NCBI GenBank assembly: GCA_038523235.1
Contig: JBCBJQ010000006.1
Location: 11,387-75,386, forward strand
DNA length: 64,000 bases
Reading direction: 5' to 3'
Source of the DNA: Cyanobacteria bacterium J06626_4
Lineage (GTDB): Bacteria; Cyanobacteriota; Cyanobacteriia; Phormidesmidales; Phormidesmidaceae
Shown here one piece after another: positions 50,971 to 60,400 of the stretch. Under the pieces are notes generated by a model. It made no database searches. It saw only the letters and a program-made list of their open reading frames with translations, and was not told where the DNA came from. A program made the translations under genes and the position numbers. Numbering within the stretch: position 1 is the first letter of the stretch; every line of letters begins with the position of its first letter.

Positions 50971-51942
50971 AACCGGTGGCCCATCGAGCACCGGCAGCCC
51001 TCTCAAATTACTATTCGCCTCTAAAATTATCTGGTTGTTTCGGTCGTAGTTGTCAACCACAAAATCCCATCGGCCCGCATTGGCGAGAGGGTCGGCGCTG
51101 ATGTCGATGACATCAGCGCCTGTGTTGAGATCACCACCGTTGTTCCAAACGGCATCACCACTGGTGGTACCGGCGATGGCCGCACCTGTGGGCGACGTAT
51201 AAGAGACAGTAACGTTCGTATCAAACTGGTTATCTAAATCAAAGTTGCGGAGCTGCAGCTCAGTCGCATCAGGGCCAACAATGAAAAACAAACGAAGCCG
51301 CGTCTCTGCATCTGTGCCATTGAACTGAAAGCTACCCTGGAGTTGGCCAATCAACAGGTCATCAACGGGCACAACGATATCGAAAGAGTTGTCGTCGTTG
51401 TTGAGATCAAGCGTGTTGTCACCCAAGATCGGGATGCCCCCCGTTTCACTCGTCACCGTATAGGTGCCGGGTTGGGAAATACCAGTAAAGGTGAAATTAC
51501 TCCCATTAGGTGAACCCGTCGGAAAATCAGCCGTTTGGATAATATTGCCCGCCGGGTCAAGCAAGCGGAACCGAGTGGGGTCCTCAAGGCCATTCACCTC
51601 GTCAGGCACAGCATTGCTCTCACCATCTTCAATGGTAATAGCCACATTGCCCCCAGCCGCATCGATATCAGCTTGACTGATATCGACAAAAATGCGGTGT
51701 ACTGGATCGGTGCTCGCCGTTGTCGTGTTGGTGTACCAGTCGCCAATTGTAATGGCTCGCAAGGGAGCACTGGTTTGAAAGTCTAGACCAGGGACGGCAG
51801 GTAATCGGGTTTGGGCGATCGCGCTAGCCGTCGTCGCCAGGGTGGCTATGGTGGCGAGACTCAACGTGCTAGCCAGACGACTAAGGGCAAATAGGTTGAC
51901 GGATGAGAAAGGAGGAGGGACAGAAAACACAGCTTTTTTCAT
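48919..51942 (-). CDS. large secreted DUF11-repeat surface protein, paralogue A
   Basis: ATG 51942 gives a signal peptide (MKKAVFSV...ATTASAIAQ). It has several DUF11/TIGR01451-like modules (IGLAKTNS..VVRNTGNTPLANVQIAEDL; IGVAKSVS..ITVVNTGTIALDNVQLTEDL) and Asp/Asn-rich DPDGDGDPTNNN loops. Confidence 0.85.
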   Translation of the reverse strand: MKKAVFSVPPPFSSVNLFALSRLASTLSLATIATLATTASAIAQTRLPAVPGLDFQTSAPLRAITIGDWYTNTTTASTDPVHRIFVDISQADIDAAGGNVAITIEDGESNAVPDEVNGLEDPTRFRLLDPAGNIIQTADFPTGSPNGSNFTFTGISQPGTYTVTSETGGIPILGDNTLDLNNDDNSFDIVVPVDDLLIGQLQGSFQFNGTDAETRLRLFFIVGPDATELQLRNFDLDNQFDTNVTVSYTSPTGAAIAGTTSGDAVWNNGGDLNTGADVIDISADPLANAGRWDFVVDNYDRNNQIILEANSNLRGLPVLDGPPVRAGNFTIVEDTTLTTTIGSEVCHPFTVTNNFFTNDIVNLVATGTAANVVAQLRDVNGNPLTDSDGDGVVDTGVLLPGQSVTFFLCVTPQAGAPPVDVTTITGTSFVDARVRQQAVNEGVPGATLTPTTQSVVKRTLIPAPSIGLAKTNSALRPVAGSPGLFDVDLTFVVRNTGNTPLANVQIAEDLQEVFVDNPTVNGAPSDGADAIVSVTLTNPITFTGSGTAPTFNGAYDGNTDVGLFSTGSNFNPGDTAIITITTRLDLSSDNSVDIDNSAIATGTPPGVGPVTDVSQAGSDVDPDGDGDPTNNNTSNRIRIPSIGVAKSVSPATLIGGTTYEFTYTITVVNTGTIALDNVQLTEDLQAVLITNAFNRADSFTVQNVAVSFPAGTPAIAPVANPVYNGVSVTTLFDATSANQFAPGESATVVVTVQADLGATGAGPSVDGLNDGILEAQNLAAASGTPLGGGDPVTDVSQDGNNVDPDNDGNPNNNNTPTTLFVNTGPNLVVVKRISNVFRQGAPVAVTGLTQFNDQAGFVDDNALNSALGGGNALPGIVALPAGFALQPDDEVEYTIYFWNNGGSTVNQVQVCDELQPPSVLNTAAGLQLSSVRPLSPPLFFGGGSQVQGRSPGAPLESSCLSAPGSFPLGPPGPTGGLGVGAGGGVVAGAFDVPANQFGAIRFRVRLP

Positions 51943-52193
51943 GAGCAAGGAAAACTCAAAACGAAAACAGCGATCGCGCAAGGGCAATCCTTATTTAGCT
52001 AGTGAACTCATCGTGAGCACTGACAACACACCCGGCTTATTTCAGCAGATTTACGAAATAGCCTGACGGCTGATCAATCCTCGGTGATGGGACTTCCTGT
52101 ACAACTCAAAAATACTGAGAGGTTAGAGACTAAACCTCGATACACAGCTACGGATGGCAGTTGGCTGATTGCCATCCACAGCGATCCTTCCAC

Positions 52194-54245
52194 TTAAGGT
52201 AGGCGAACGCGGAAGCGAATCGCCCCAAACTGATTGGGCGGTACATCAAAGGCACCCGCCACCACGCCACCGCCAGCACCAACTCCTAAACCACCCGTGG
52301 GGCCGGGTGGCCCCAGCGGAAAGCTCCCCGGTGCCGAGATGCAGGAACTGTCTAACGGTGCACCCGGCGATTGCCCCTGCACCTGCGACCCGCCGCCGAA
52401 GAATAGCGGTGGCGAGAGCGGCCTAACCGATGAGAGCTGGAGCCCCGCTGCGGTATTGAGTACGCTAGGCGGCTGCAGCTCATCACAAAGTCGCACTTGG
52501 CTCACAGCACTGCCGCCGTTGTTCCAGAAGTAAATGGTGTATTCCACTTCGTCATCGGGCTCAAGGGTAAACCCAGCCGGTAAGACAAACACCCCTGATA
52601 GAGAGTTGCCGCCCCCCAGAGCCGAGTTCAGCGCATTGTCATCGATAAACCCAGCTTGGTCGTTAAATTGAGTGAGCCCAGTAACCGCCACTGGTGCTCC
52701 CTGCCGGAAAACATTGCTGATCCGTTTGACCACGACGAGGTTGGGGCCGGTGTTGACAAACAACGTCGTCGGCGTGTTGTTGTTGTTCGGGTTGCCATCG
52801 TTGTCAGGGTCAACATTGTTGCCATCTTGAGAGGCATCCGTCACCGGATCACCCCCGCCAAGGGGCGTGCCGCTGGCTTCAGCGACGTTTTGCGCTTCCA
52901 AGATGCCGTCATTGAGACCGTTAACCGATGGCCCTGCCCCCGTTGCGCCCAAGTCAGCCTGCACCGTCACGACGACTGTGGCTGATTCTCCTGGGGCAAA
53001 TTGATTCGCACTGGTGGCATCAAATAGCGTTGTGACCGATACCCCGTTGTAGGTAGGATTAGCGACCGGTGCGATGGTGGGTGTTCCCGCCGGGAAGCTG
53101 ACCGCCACATTTTGGACGGTAAAACTATCGGCGCGGTTGAAGGCGTTCGTAATCAACGCTGCCTGCAAATCTTCCGTGAGTTGTACGTTGTCTAAAGTGA
53201 TGGTACCAGTATTGACGACAGTGATGGTGTAAGCAAACTCATAGGTCGTCCCCCCAATCAGCGTGGCTGGACTGACTGATTTAGACACGCCAATACTGGG
53301 AATGCGAATGCGATTCGGCACATTGTTGTTCGTCGGGTCGCCATCGTTGTCGGGGTCAACATCACTACCGGCTTGAGACACATCCGTCACCGTACCGCCG
53401 CCCGGGGGTGACCCTGTAGCGGTGGCACTGTTGTCAATGTCAACACTGTTATCAGAGGAGAGATCTAAGCGGGTCGTAATCGTGATGGTGGCAGTGTCAC
53501 CGGGATTGAAGTTGCTACCGGTGCTAAAGAGGCCAACATCCGTATTGCCGTTGTAGGCCCCGTTGAAGGTCGGGGCCGTGCCAGAGCCGGTAAAGGTGAT
53601 CGGGTTAGTCAGGGTGACGCTGACGATGGCATCGGCCCCATCGCTGGGGGCACCATTGACGGTGGGATTGTCAACAAAGACCTCTTGCAGATCTTCGGCA
53701 ATTTGCACGTTGGCCAGGGGCGTGTTGCCGGTGTTTCTCACCACAAAGGTGAGATCGACATCAAACAAGCCGGGCGAGCCGGCCACAGGCCGCAGTGCTG
53801 AGTTGGTTTTAGCCAGGCCAATGCTGGGGGCTGGAATCAAGGTGCGCTTGACGACGGACTGCGGCGTCGGGGTCGCAACTGCCCCCGGTACACCATTAGC
53901 TACCGCCTGCTGTCGCACCCGAGCATCCATAAACGAGGTGCCGGTGATGGTGGTGACATCGACCGACGGAGCTCCGGCTTGGGGGGTGACGCACAAAAAG
54001 AAGGTGACCGATTGCCCAGGTTCTAAAATGCCCGTATCGACAGCACCATCACCATCGCTATCGGTCAGGGGATTGCCGTTGACATCTCTCAGCTGCGCCA
54101 CTACGTTAGCGGCAGTACCAGTAGCAGCGAGGTTAACGATGTCGGTGGTGAAAAAGTTGTTGGTCACCGTGAAGGGGTGACAGACCTCGCTGCCAATGGT
54201 GGTGGTCAACGTCGTGTCTTGCGTAATTGTGAAGTTACCGGCTTG
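52194..54245. repeat. ~2.05-kb direct repeat, copy B (3' two-thirds of paralogue B)
   Basis: See copy A. Identical antisense ORF artefacts (50288-50905 and 53563-54180) confirm colinearity. Confidence 0.85.
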
Positions 54246-55301
54246 AACGGGTTGCTGATCAAATAGCGGGAGTGGGCCATCTTCGCTGTTGGCTTCAACA
54301 ATGGTTTGATTATTATCCGTAAAATTGTCAATGTTGTAAGTCCATAAACCGGCATCGGCTGTTCCAGTCTGATCAACATCGACTACGTCGGCCCCGACGT
54401 TGAGGTTGCCCCCTCCATTCCAAACCCCGTTGGCACTAGCAGTGCCGGGGCTTACTGCGCCAGTCGGCGCTTCGTAGGAAACAGTGCCGCCACCATCAAG
54501 GTCAAAATTACGCAGAAATAGCTGATCAGTCGCTGGCCCAACCAAGAAAAACAGCTCTAAATTGATATCCATTCCTTCGTTCTGTTGCAGAGAGCCGATT
54601 TGCTGACCAATCAAGAGGTTGTCAATAGGAACAGAAATACGAAATGAATTGTCGTCATTATTGGTTTCAAAAGTCGTATCAGTGCGACCAGACAGATAAA
54701 AGCTGCCCGTTTCGCTTCTTACCTGATAATTGCCTGGGGCATTAATCGCCGGAAAACTAAACGTAGACCCTGGCGTTGTCGCAATTGTGCCTGGGCCATT
54801 ATTAAACTCCTGAGATTGAATGAGTATTCCATTCGGGTCAAATAAGGTAAAACGAGTTGGATCCGTAGTGTCATTGATCTCATCAGTAGCCGGATTATCC
54901 GATCCCGGATCTTGGATGCTAATCACGATTGGGCCATTAGCCAGGTCGGCCTCTGTGATACTAATAAAAAAAGTATGAAATCCAGGCGCACCCACCGTAT
55001 CTGCGGTACCCCCCAAAGCCGTTCCACATGACCCGGTGGCATTATTTCCGGCACCGAGGGTCGTATACCAGTCACCAATGTTGGCACAACGACGGGCACC
55101 ACTCGTTTGAAATCTCAGATCCAGAGCAGGATCAGGCAAAACAGTATTTTGAGCATTGGCTGGAGCGCCTGACAGGATGGCTAAAAAGATTGTCAATGCG
55201 CCGAGTTCACGTTTGCCCAAGCGATCAGAGGCAAGCGATTTCACGCTTTGCGGAAGTCGATCATTGCAAGTCAGCAGCAAGTTACGCATCAGGGCAAACA
55301 T
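52194..55301 (-). CDS. large secreted DUF11-repeat surface protein, paralogue B
   Basis: Same architecture as A. Start ATG 55301 or 55289, then a signal-like LGALTIFLAILSGAPANAQ. The C-terminal ~690 aa are nearly identical to A. The N-terminal ~340 aa are divergent but homologous. Confidence 0.85.
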   Translation of the reverse strand: MFALMRNLLLTCNDRLPQSVKSLASDRLGKRELGALTIFLAILSGAPANAQNTVLPDPALDLRFQTSGARRCANIGDWYTTLGAGNNATGSCGTALGGTADTVGAPGFHTFFISITEADLANGPIVISIQDPGSDNPATDEINDTTDPTRFTLFDPNGILIQSQEFNNGPGTIATTPGSTFSFPAINAPGNYQVRSETGSFYLSGRTDTTFETNNDDNSFRISVPIDNLLIGQQIGSLQQNEGMDINLELFFLVGPATDQLFLRNFDLDGGGTVSYEAPTGAVSPGTASANGVWNGGGNLNVGADVVDVDQTGTADAGLWTYNIDNFTDNNQTIVEANSEDGPLPLFDQQPVQAGNFTITQDTTLTTTIGSEVCHPFTVTNNFFTTDIVNLAATGTAANVVAQLRDVNGNPLTDSDGDGAVDTGILEPGQSVTFFLCVTPQAGAPSVDVTTITGTSFMDARVRQQAVANGVPGAVATPTPQSVVKRTLIPAPSIGLAKTNSALRPVAGSPGLFDVDLTFVVRNTGNTPLANVQIAEDLQEVFVDNPTVNGAPSDGADAIVSVTLTNPITFTGSGTAPTFNGAYNGNTDVGLFSTGSNFNPGDTATITITTRLDLSSDNSVDIDNSATATGSPPGGGTVTDVSQAGSDVDPDNDGDPTNNNVPNRIRIPSIGVSKSVSPATLIGGTTYEFAYTITVVNTGTITLDNVQLTEDLQAALITNAFNRADSFTVQNVAVSFPAGTPTIAPVANPTYNGVSVTTLFDATSANQFAPGESATVVVTVQADLGATGAGPSVNGLNDGILEAQNVAEASGTPLGGGDPVTDASQDGNNVDPDNDGNPNNNNTPTTLFVNTGPNLVVVKRISNVFRQGAPVAVTGLTQFNDQAGFIDDNALNSALGGGNSLSGVFVLPAGFTLEPDDEVEYTIYFWNNGGSAVSQVRLCDELQPPSVLNTAAGLQLSSVRPLSPPLFFGGGSQVQGQSPGAPLDSSCISAPGSFPLGPPGPTGGLGVGAGGGVVAGAFDVPPNQFGAIRFRVRLP

Positions 55302-55361
55302 TGGCAAAGTTTTAAAACTCGTGGATTAAGACAACAATCAAGTGACAGAAATGAGCCAGGA

Positions 55362-57419
55362 TTACTCGATTTGCAGATCGGTTTCGACAGCTTCAAAGAT
55401 GATCTCGACGCCTTGGGTATCGCTAAACTCAAACTCAACGCGGCGATCGCGGGCGTAATCTAACCGGGTGCTGCCGGTGGTGCGGCGCTGAGTTTCCCCC
55501 AAGGGGGTAATGCGCATGCGCTCGGGGGCGACGCCCTGTCGCACCAAATAGTCGCGAGCTGCCAAGGCGCGGCGCTCACTCAGGGCCTGGTTGTAGGCGT
55601 CACTGGCGCGGGGGTCGGTGTGGCCCCGCAGCTCGACCACGAGCGAGGGGTAGGTGATCATCGCCGCCGCGATTTGGTCGAGAATCTCGGCACTGGCCGC
55701 ACTGATATTCGACTGATCGAGGGCAAAGTGCACGTTGCGCGGTACTCGCAAGCGAATCGGCTCAGGCGGTGGCTCTGGTGGTGGCGGCTCCACGGCCACC
55801 GGCGGAAAGCAGGTGGCATCGTAGGGAGCAGGCGTGGCTGAGGGGGCGGGTACTTGGCCATCAGCCCCAACCACGCTAATTACCGGTGAGGGTTCGGAGG
55901 TGCCATAGAGCGGATCGGAGGCGATCGCGCTGACCCAATCACTCGCCCCAGTTTCCCAGGTAAAGGCAAAGTTGCCTTCATCATCAGCGGTGGTCGTCAT
56001 CAGCGGTTCGCTGAGGGGACTGTAGACACCGGTATGATCTTTGACGCGATACAGATCGACGCTGCTGCCGGGGTCGGCAGAGCCGGTAAGGGTTAAGGAA
56101 CCGCCCTCGTCAGTAAAGGTATAGGTCGTGAATTCAGGTGCATTAATTGCCCCATTGGCCGTATCGGTGCGGCGATGGTGGGAGTTTCGCGGCGGGTTGG
56201 GGCCATCGGCTCGTTGAAAGTTAACGACGGTATCGCGGCGGGCGGCCAGGTCAATACTGAGGCCGTCGAGCTGCGTAAACTCGTTGTCGCGAATCAGGTT
56301 GCGATCGCTGAGGGGATAGGCCGCGACTGCGACCCCCGCGCCCGGCTGATAGCCGATCGTGTTGCCCAGCAGCTGATGCCCGCGCCCCATGACATACACG
56401 GCAGGCCGCTCAAAGCGACGACCGTTAAAGATCACCTCATTGTCTTGAATGACGGTGCTGCCCTCAGGCTTAAAGAGAAAGATGCCACTGCCGTCGTTGG
56501 CACAGACCAGATTATTGGTGATGGCAGCACCCTCTAAATCCCCTTCTAACCGCACGCCATCCGGCATGCCCGCGACGCCGTTGGCAATAATCGCATTGCC
56601 GGTGAGCTGCAGTCCAGCCGCCCGAAACCCGGTGAGCACGCCGCTGCCCTCATGGTGCTGAATGAAATTATCGGCCACCCGCACGTCAACCCCGTTGAAC
56701 ACGACGACGCCAAAGGCCGATCGCTGATCGGGAATCGACTCATCGGGGCGGAACCCCAACCAGTTTTTCTCAATCACGGCTTGTTGGGTGGCCTGGGTGG
56801 GGTCATCGAGGACAAAGGTCTCAACCGCCGGGGCATCGGGGCTGGAATCGGCTGGCGGCGGCGCATTGGCGATAAAAATATCGGCGGCGGGAGTGGTCAA
56901 GGTCGCCCGCGCCGCTGACCAAAAGCCGTAGAGGTTGAGGCCACGCACGGTGATGTTATCGCCGGCCACGGTAAGCCCGCGAAATACTTCGCTGCCGGGG
57001 GCGGGAGTGAGACTCACCACCGGTCGCGGAATCTCGGGCAGATAGGGCAGCGCTTCGCCATAGCCTGGTTGCGTGGTGCCGTCGATGGTTAAACCGGTGG
57101 CCACCAAGGGCGGCAGCAAACCAGTGAGCACAATAGTGGTGTCATCAGCGGGCAGATCAAAGGCAATACGGCTCTCGGCTGCTGGTGTGACTTGGGCCTG
57201 CTCCAGTGCTGAGAGCGCAGTGACGGGCAGAGTGCCGTTGGCGATCGCGATCGCCTCACGCAGGGTCAGCGCATCATCGGCGATCGGCGCGCCGTCAGCG
57301 GCACTATTGACGGTAATGTCAAAGCCCGTTGGGGGCGGGGTTGAGTCTTGCGCTTGGGTGGCCAGCGCCACCAGACTCAGACTCGGGCTCAGAGCAAGAA
57401 CGGTCCACAGGGTTTTCAT
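55362..57419 (-). CDS. right-handed beta-helix protein with C-terminal OmpA-like peptidoglycan-binding domain
   Basis: Signal peptide MKTLWTVLALSPSLSLVALATQAQ. Parallel beta-helix-like repeats (GNAIIANG.., NNLVCANDGSGI..). C-terminal OmpA_C motifs (LRGHTDPRASDAYNQALSERRALAARDYL). The ATG overlaps the upstream stop (TAATG). Confidence 0.85.
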   Translation of the reverse strand: MKTLWTVLALSPSLSLVALATQAQDSTPPPTGFDITVNSAADGAPIADDALTLREAIAIANGTLPVTALSALEQAQVTPAAESRIAFDLPADDTTIVLTGLLPPLVATGLTIDGTTQPGYGEALPYLPEIPRPVVSLTPAPGSEVFRGLTVAGDNITVRGLNLYGFWSAARATLTTPAADIFIANAPPPADSSPDAPAVETFVLDDPTQATQQAVIEKNWLGFRPDESIPDQRSAFGVVVFNGVDVRVADNFIQHHEGSGVLTGFRAAGLQLTGNAIIANGVAGMPDGVRLEGDLEGAAITNNLVCANDGSGIFLFKPEGSTVIQDNEVIFNGRRFERPAVYVMGRGHQLLGNTIGYQPGAGVAVAAYPLSDRNLIRDNEFTQLDGLSIDLAARRDTVVNFQRADGPNPPRNSHHRRTDTANGAINAPEFTTYTFTDEGGSLTLTGSADPGSSVDLYRVKDHTGVYSPLSEPLMTTTADDEGNFAFTWETGASDWVSAIASDPLYGTSEPSPVISVVGADGQVPAPSATPAPYDATCFPPVAVEPPPPEPPPEPIRLRVPRNVHFALDQSNISAASAEILDQIAAAMITYPSLVVELRGHTDPRASDAYNQALSERRALAARDYLVRQGVAPERMRITPLGETQRRTTGSTRLDYARDRRVEFEFSDTQGVEIIFEAVETDLQIE

Positions 57420-60400
57420 TAGATATCTCCAGCGCTCGGTGCATCGGTGACATCAGCGGGGGATGCCGTCAAGTCATCAGCCGGCGAGGCGTCAGTCGGC
57501 GGCTCGTCCGCCGCTGACTCAGTCGTCGTTTGGTCAGTTATCGTCGAATCATCAGCCGTTGTTTGGTCAACCGTGTCATCGTCAGCGGCCGTCCCTGCTT
57601 CGGGGGCTAATCCTGCTGTCGGGGTGGCCTCATCTCCCGGCGTGGTGGCCGTATCGACATAGGATTCTTCTTGCTGAGCGGGGCTGACCGGCTGCTGCAG
57701 GCCAAAGTCATTCAGCAGCTCATTCACCTTGAGCTGAATGCCCAGATAGGGGCCGCTGGCTGAGCGATAACCGCCACCAAAGCCGTCATTGTCAACGCTG
57801 CCAAAGCTGTAGCCCACCCCGACCCGCAGGTCAGGCGTCAAATAGTAGCCCAGCTCCAGGGAGGTGCCGACTTCATTGAAACTGGCTTCTGGCTGGGTGA
57901 TATAGCGTACCTCGCCCAAAATATCCCAGCGATAGGCAAACTGATAGGCAGTGCGGAACTGCATCAGGTGAATCGAGTTCGAGAACCCGAAATCTTCCGC
58001 CAGCGTCGCATCGCTAATCCGAAAGGCGTATTTGCCGTAAAACTCCCACTGCCAGTTGGGCGCATAAATCGCTTCCAAAGCGAGGGTGTGATCCGAGGAG
58101 CTAATGCCGCTATCAATCAGCAGCGTATCGGGCGTCGTCGATGGGTTACGCCGGTATTCGTAGCTCATCAGCGCGTTCCACTGGTCGCTGATCGGGTTGC
58201 GATAGGCCATGCCCAGCTTCAAGTCGATCGAGTTGCCCAGATTGCCGGTAATTCGCTGGTTCGCAAAGTTAGCCTGCTGATAGCGAAACAGCGTGGTCAG
58301 GGAATTCGTGATCTTGCCGGCCGCTGCCGCCGTGAGGACAGTGTTGCTGCCCACCGATGAGTTCCGATGCTCAATCCGCGCACTGGCTTGAAAGTCAGGA
58401 TTCGCCGTATATTCCAAGCCGACGGAGTAGGAGGTGCCGCCGATAATGCCCAGGGCGCTGGCTCCTGCCCCGACAGCAAAGGGCTGTTCAAACTGATCAC
58501 CCGCTCCCGTTTCATTGAAGGAATCGTCAATCACGTGCTCAATGCCCACGGTGGCTCGCAAGCCGGGGGCCAACACAATGCGGTGATTCAGCCCCAGAGC
58601 GGCCTGACCAATTAACCCGCCGTAGCCGCCAATGAGAGAGTAGCGACTGCGCAGCGAGGTGTTTTCGCCCAATTCATAATCCACCAGGGTGTCCAGACTG
58701 GTGATGTTGCGCAGTTCGTCGCCGCCGATAAACTGCTGCGACAGGCGCATGGTGACGCCTGGCTGCACGGCCCAGTCCAGCGCTAGGGTAGTGCGATCGG
58801 GATACAGGGTGTCACTATCACCGCCCACATTGATTTCGCTCTGGGCGCGGAAGCTGAGGTCAGGCGAGATGGGAATCGCCAGCTGCGGCACAAACTGCTG
58901 AGAGTTGGTCGTTTCATTGTCGAGGCGATCGCGGCGGTTGCGGCTGACATAATCAAGCCCAATATTCACAGTGCCGATTTCCTGCCAGACACCGGCGCGA
59001 TAGGTGGTTAGGGTATTGTCTACCCGCTCACCTGGCTCCGAAAACTGGCCCGGATTAAAGAGGTCTACCGCGTCCGTCGTCACCTCCGGCGCACGGCCGC
59101 GATTAATCTCTTGATCAAACTGGGCGTTAAGGCGGGTCGTCGGCCCAACTTGGGCATTGACCCCAGCCCCCCAACGCGTTTGACCGGGGCGAAAGCTCGT
59201 CGTCGCCGTGTTGGCAAACCCACTATCGGCGCTGCGCAGATAGGCGCGCCCCTGCACGGTGGGCGCAAACAACGCCCCTTGAGCTTCTAAGCGATAGGCA
59301 CTGCCGTCAGCGGATTCACCAAACCGATCAAAGGAGGACCGGGCATATTCTCCGGTGAAGTAGCCGGTGTCGCCGAGGGGAATCTGCAGGTCGGCGCCGT
59401 ACAGCGAGAAGTCTTGGTCACCCTGATCTTCCGATAGCCAGGTGACGCCGGCCCAACCGCCGAGGGTAGGTTGGCCGGCTTTAAAGTTGTACTGCAGCCG
59501 CCCCGCATAGAGATTGCCATTGCCGCCCCCATCATCCACCTCGTAAGTGGCGACAATCCGACGCACCAGGGTTTTACCGAGGGGGTCAACCGACGTGCGA
59601 TAAATGGGCTGACGAAACAGCAGCGTGCCGCGATCGTAATCAATCTCGTAGTCGCTAACCCGATTTAAAGCTTGTCGCTCAATTACCGTGCCAGGACGAT
59701 TGATTTCTTCGGTCTCGATAAAGACGTTTTCACTACCGGGCAGGATGACCCGCCGCGAGAGGAAATAGAAGCCACTGGTGCCATCAGGGGCGATCGTATC
59801 GCGCTGAAAGGGCCGCAGATTGTTGGCATACATCGCCGTCAGCTGCAGATTGCCCAGCGTGTAGTTGCCCTTAAAGCCGTGAAGCTGACGCGTGATCGCC
59901 GTAAACTCTTGGGACGATCGCGCAAACTCCGAAGTTTCGTAATCGCCCCACATGAAGTAATCGACCTCGCCGCCGGGCACCAGCGCATCGCGCTGAAACC
60001 GCACAAAGAAGCTATCGATTGAGGGCGTTAGATAATCAACCTGAGAACTATCGCCGTAGACCGGGTAGGTATTTTCGCAAAACTGATCATCGCGAAACAG
60101 GCGGTTGCCATCACAGGTTTCATTCAGGGCGCGGCGGGTATTGAGGGCACCGGTAAACTGCCAATCGCCCAAAGTGCCGGTCGCAAATAGCGCCGCCCCC
60201 AAGTCAAACTCCGTGTCGCCAATGTCGTCAGGGTTGAGAAAGTCCTCAAAGCTGCCCCAAAAGTTGGTGCCGCCTGGCCCAATGCGCAGATCAACAACGC
60301 CGGAAACCAATGAAGGCCGCAGGTTAGTGACAAACTCAACCTGGGTGAAAGTTTCGAAATCAGGGAGCGGCTCCAAGGCGATGGGTTCGTCTTCCCCCAG

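Noticed and set aside
48919-55301. The idea that the paralogue pair is a diversity-generating retroelement target/template pair.
   Set aside because: No reverse transcriptase or accessory gene is present. Differences between the copies are not restricted to adenine positions. The variable part is the long N-terminal region rather than a short C-terminal VR.
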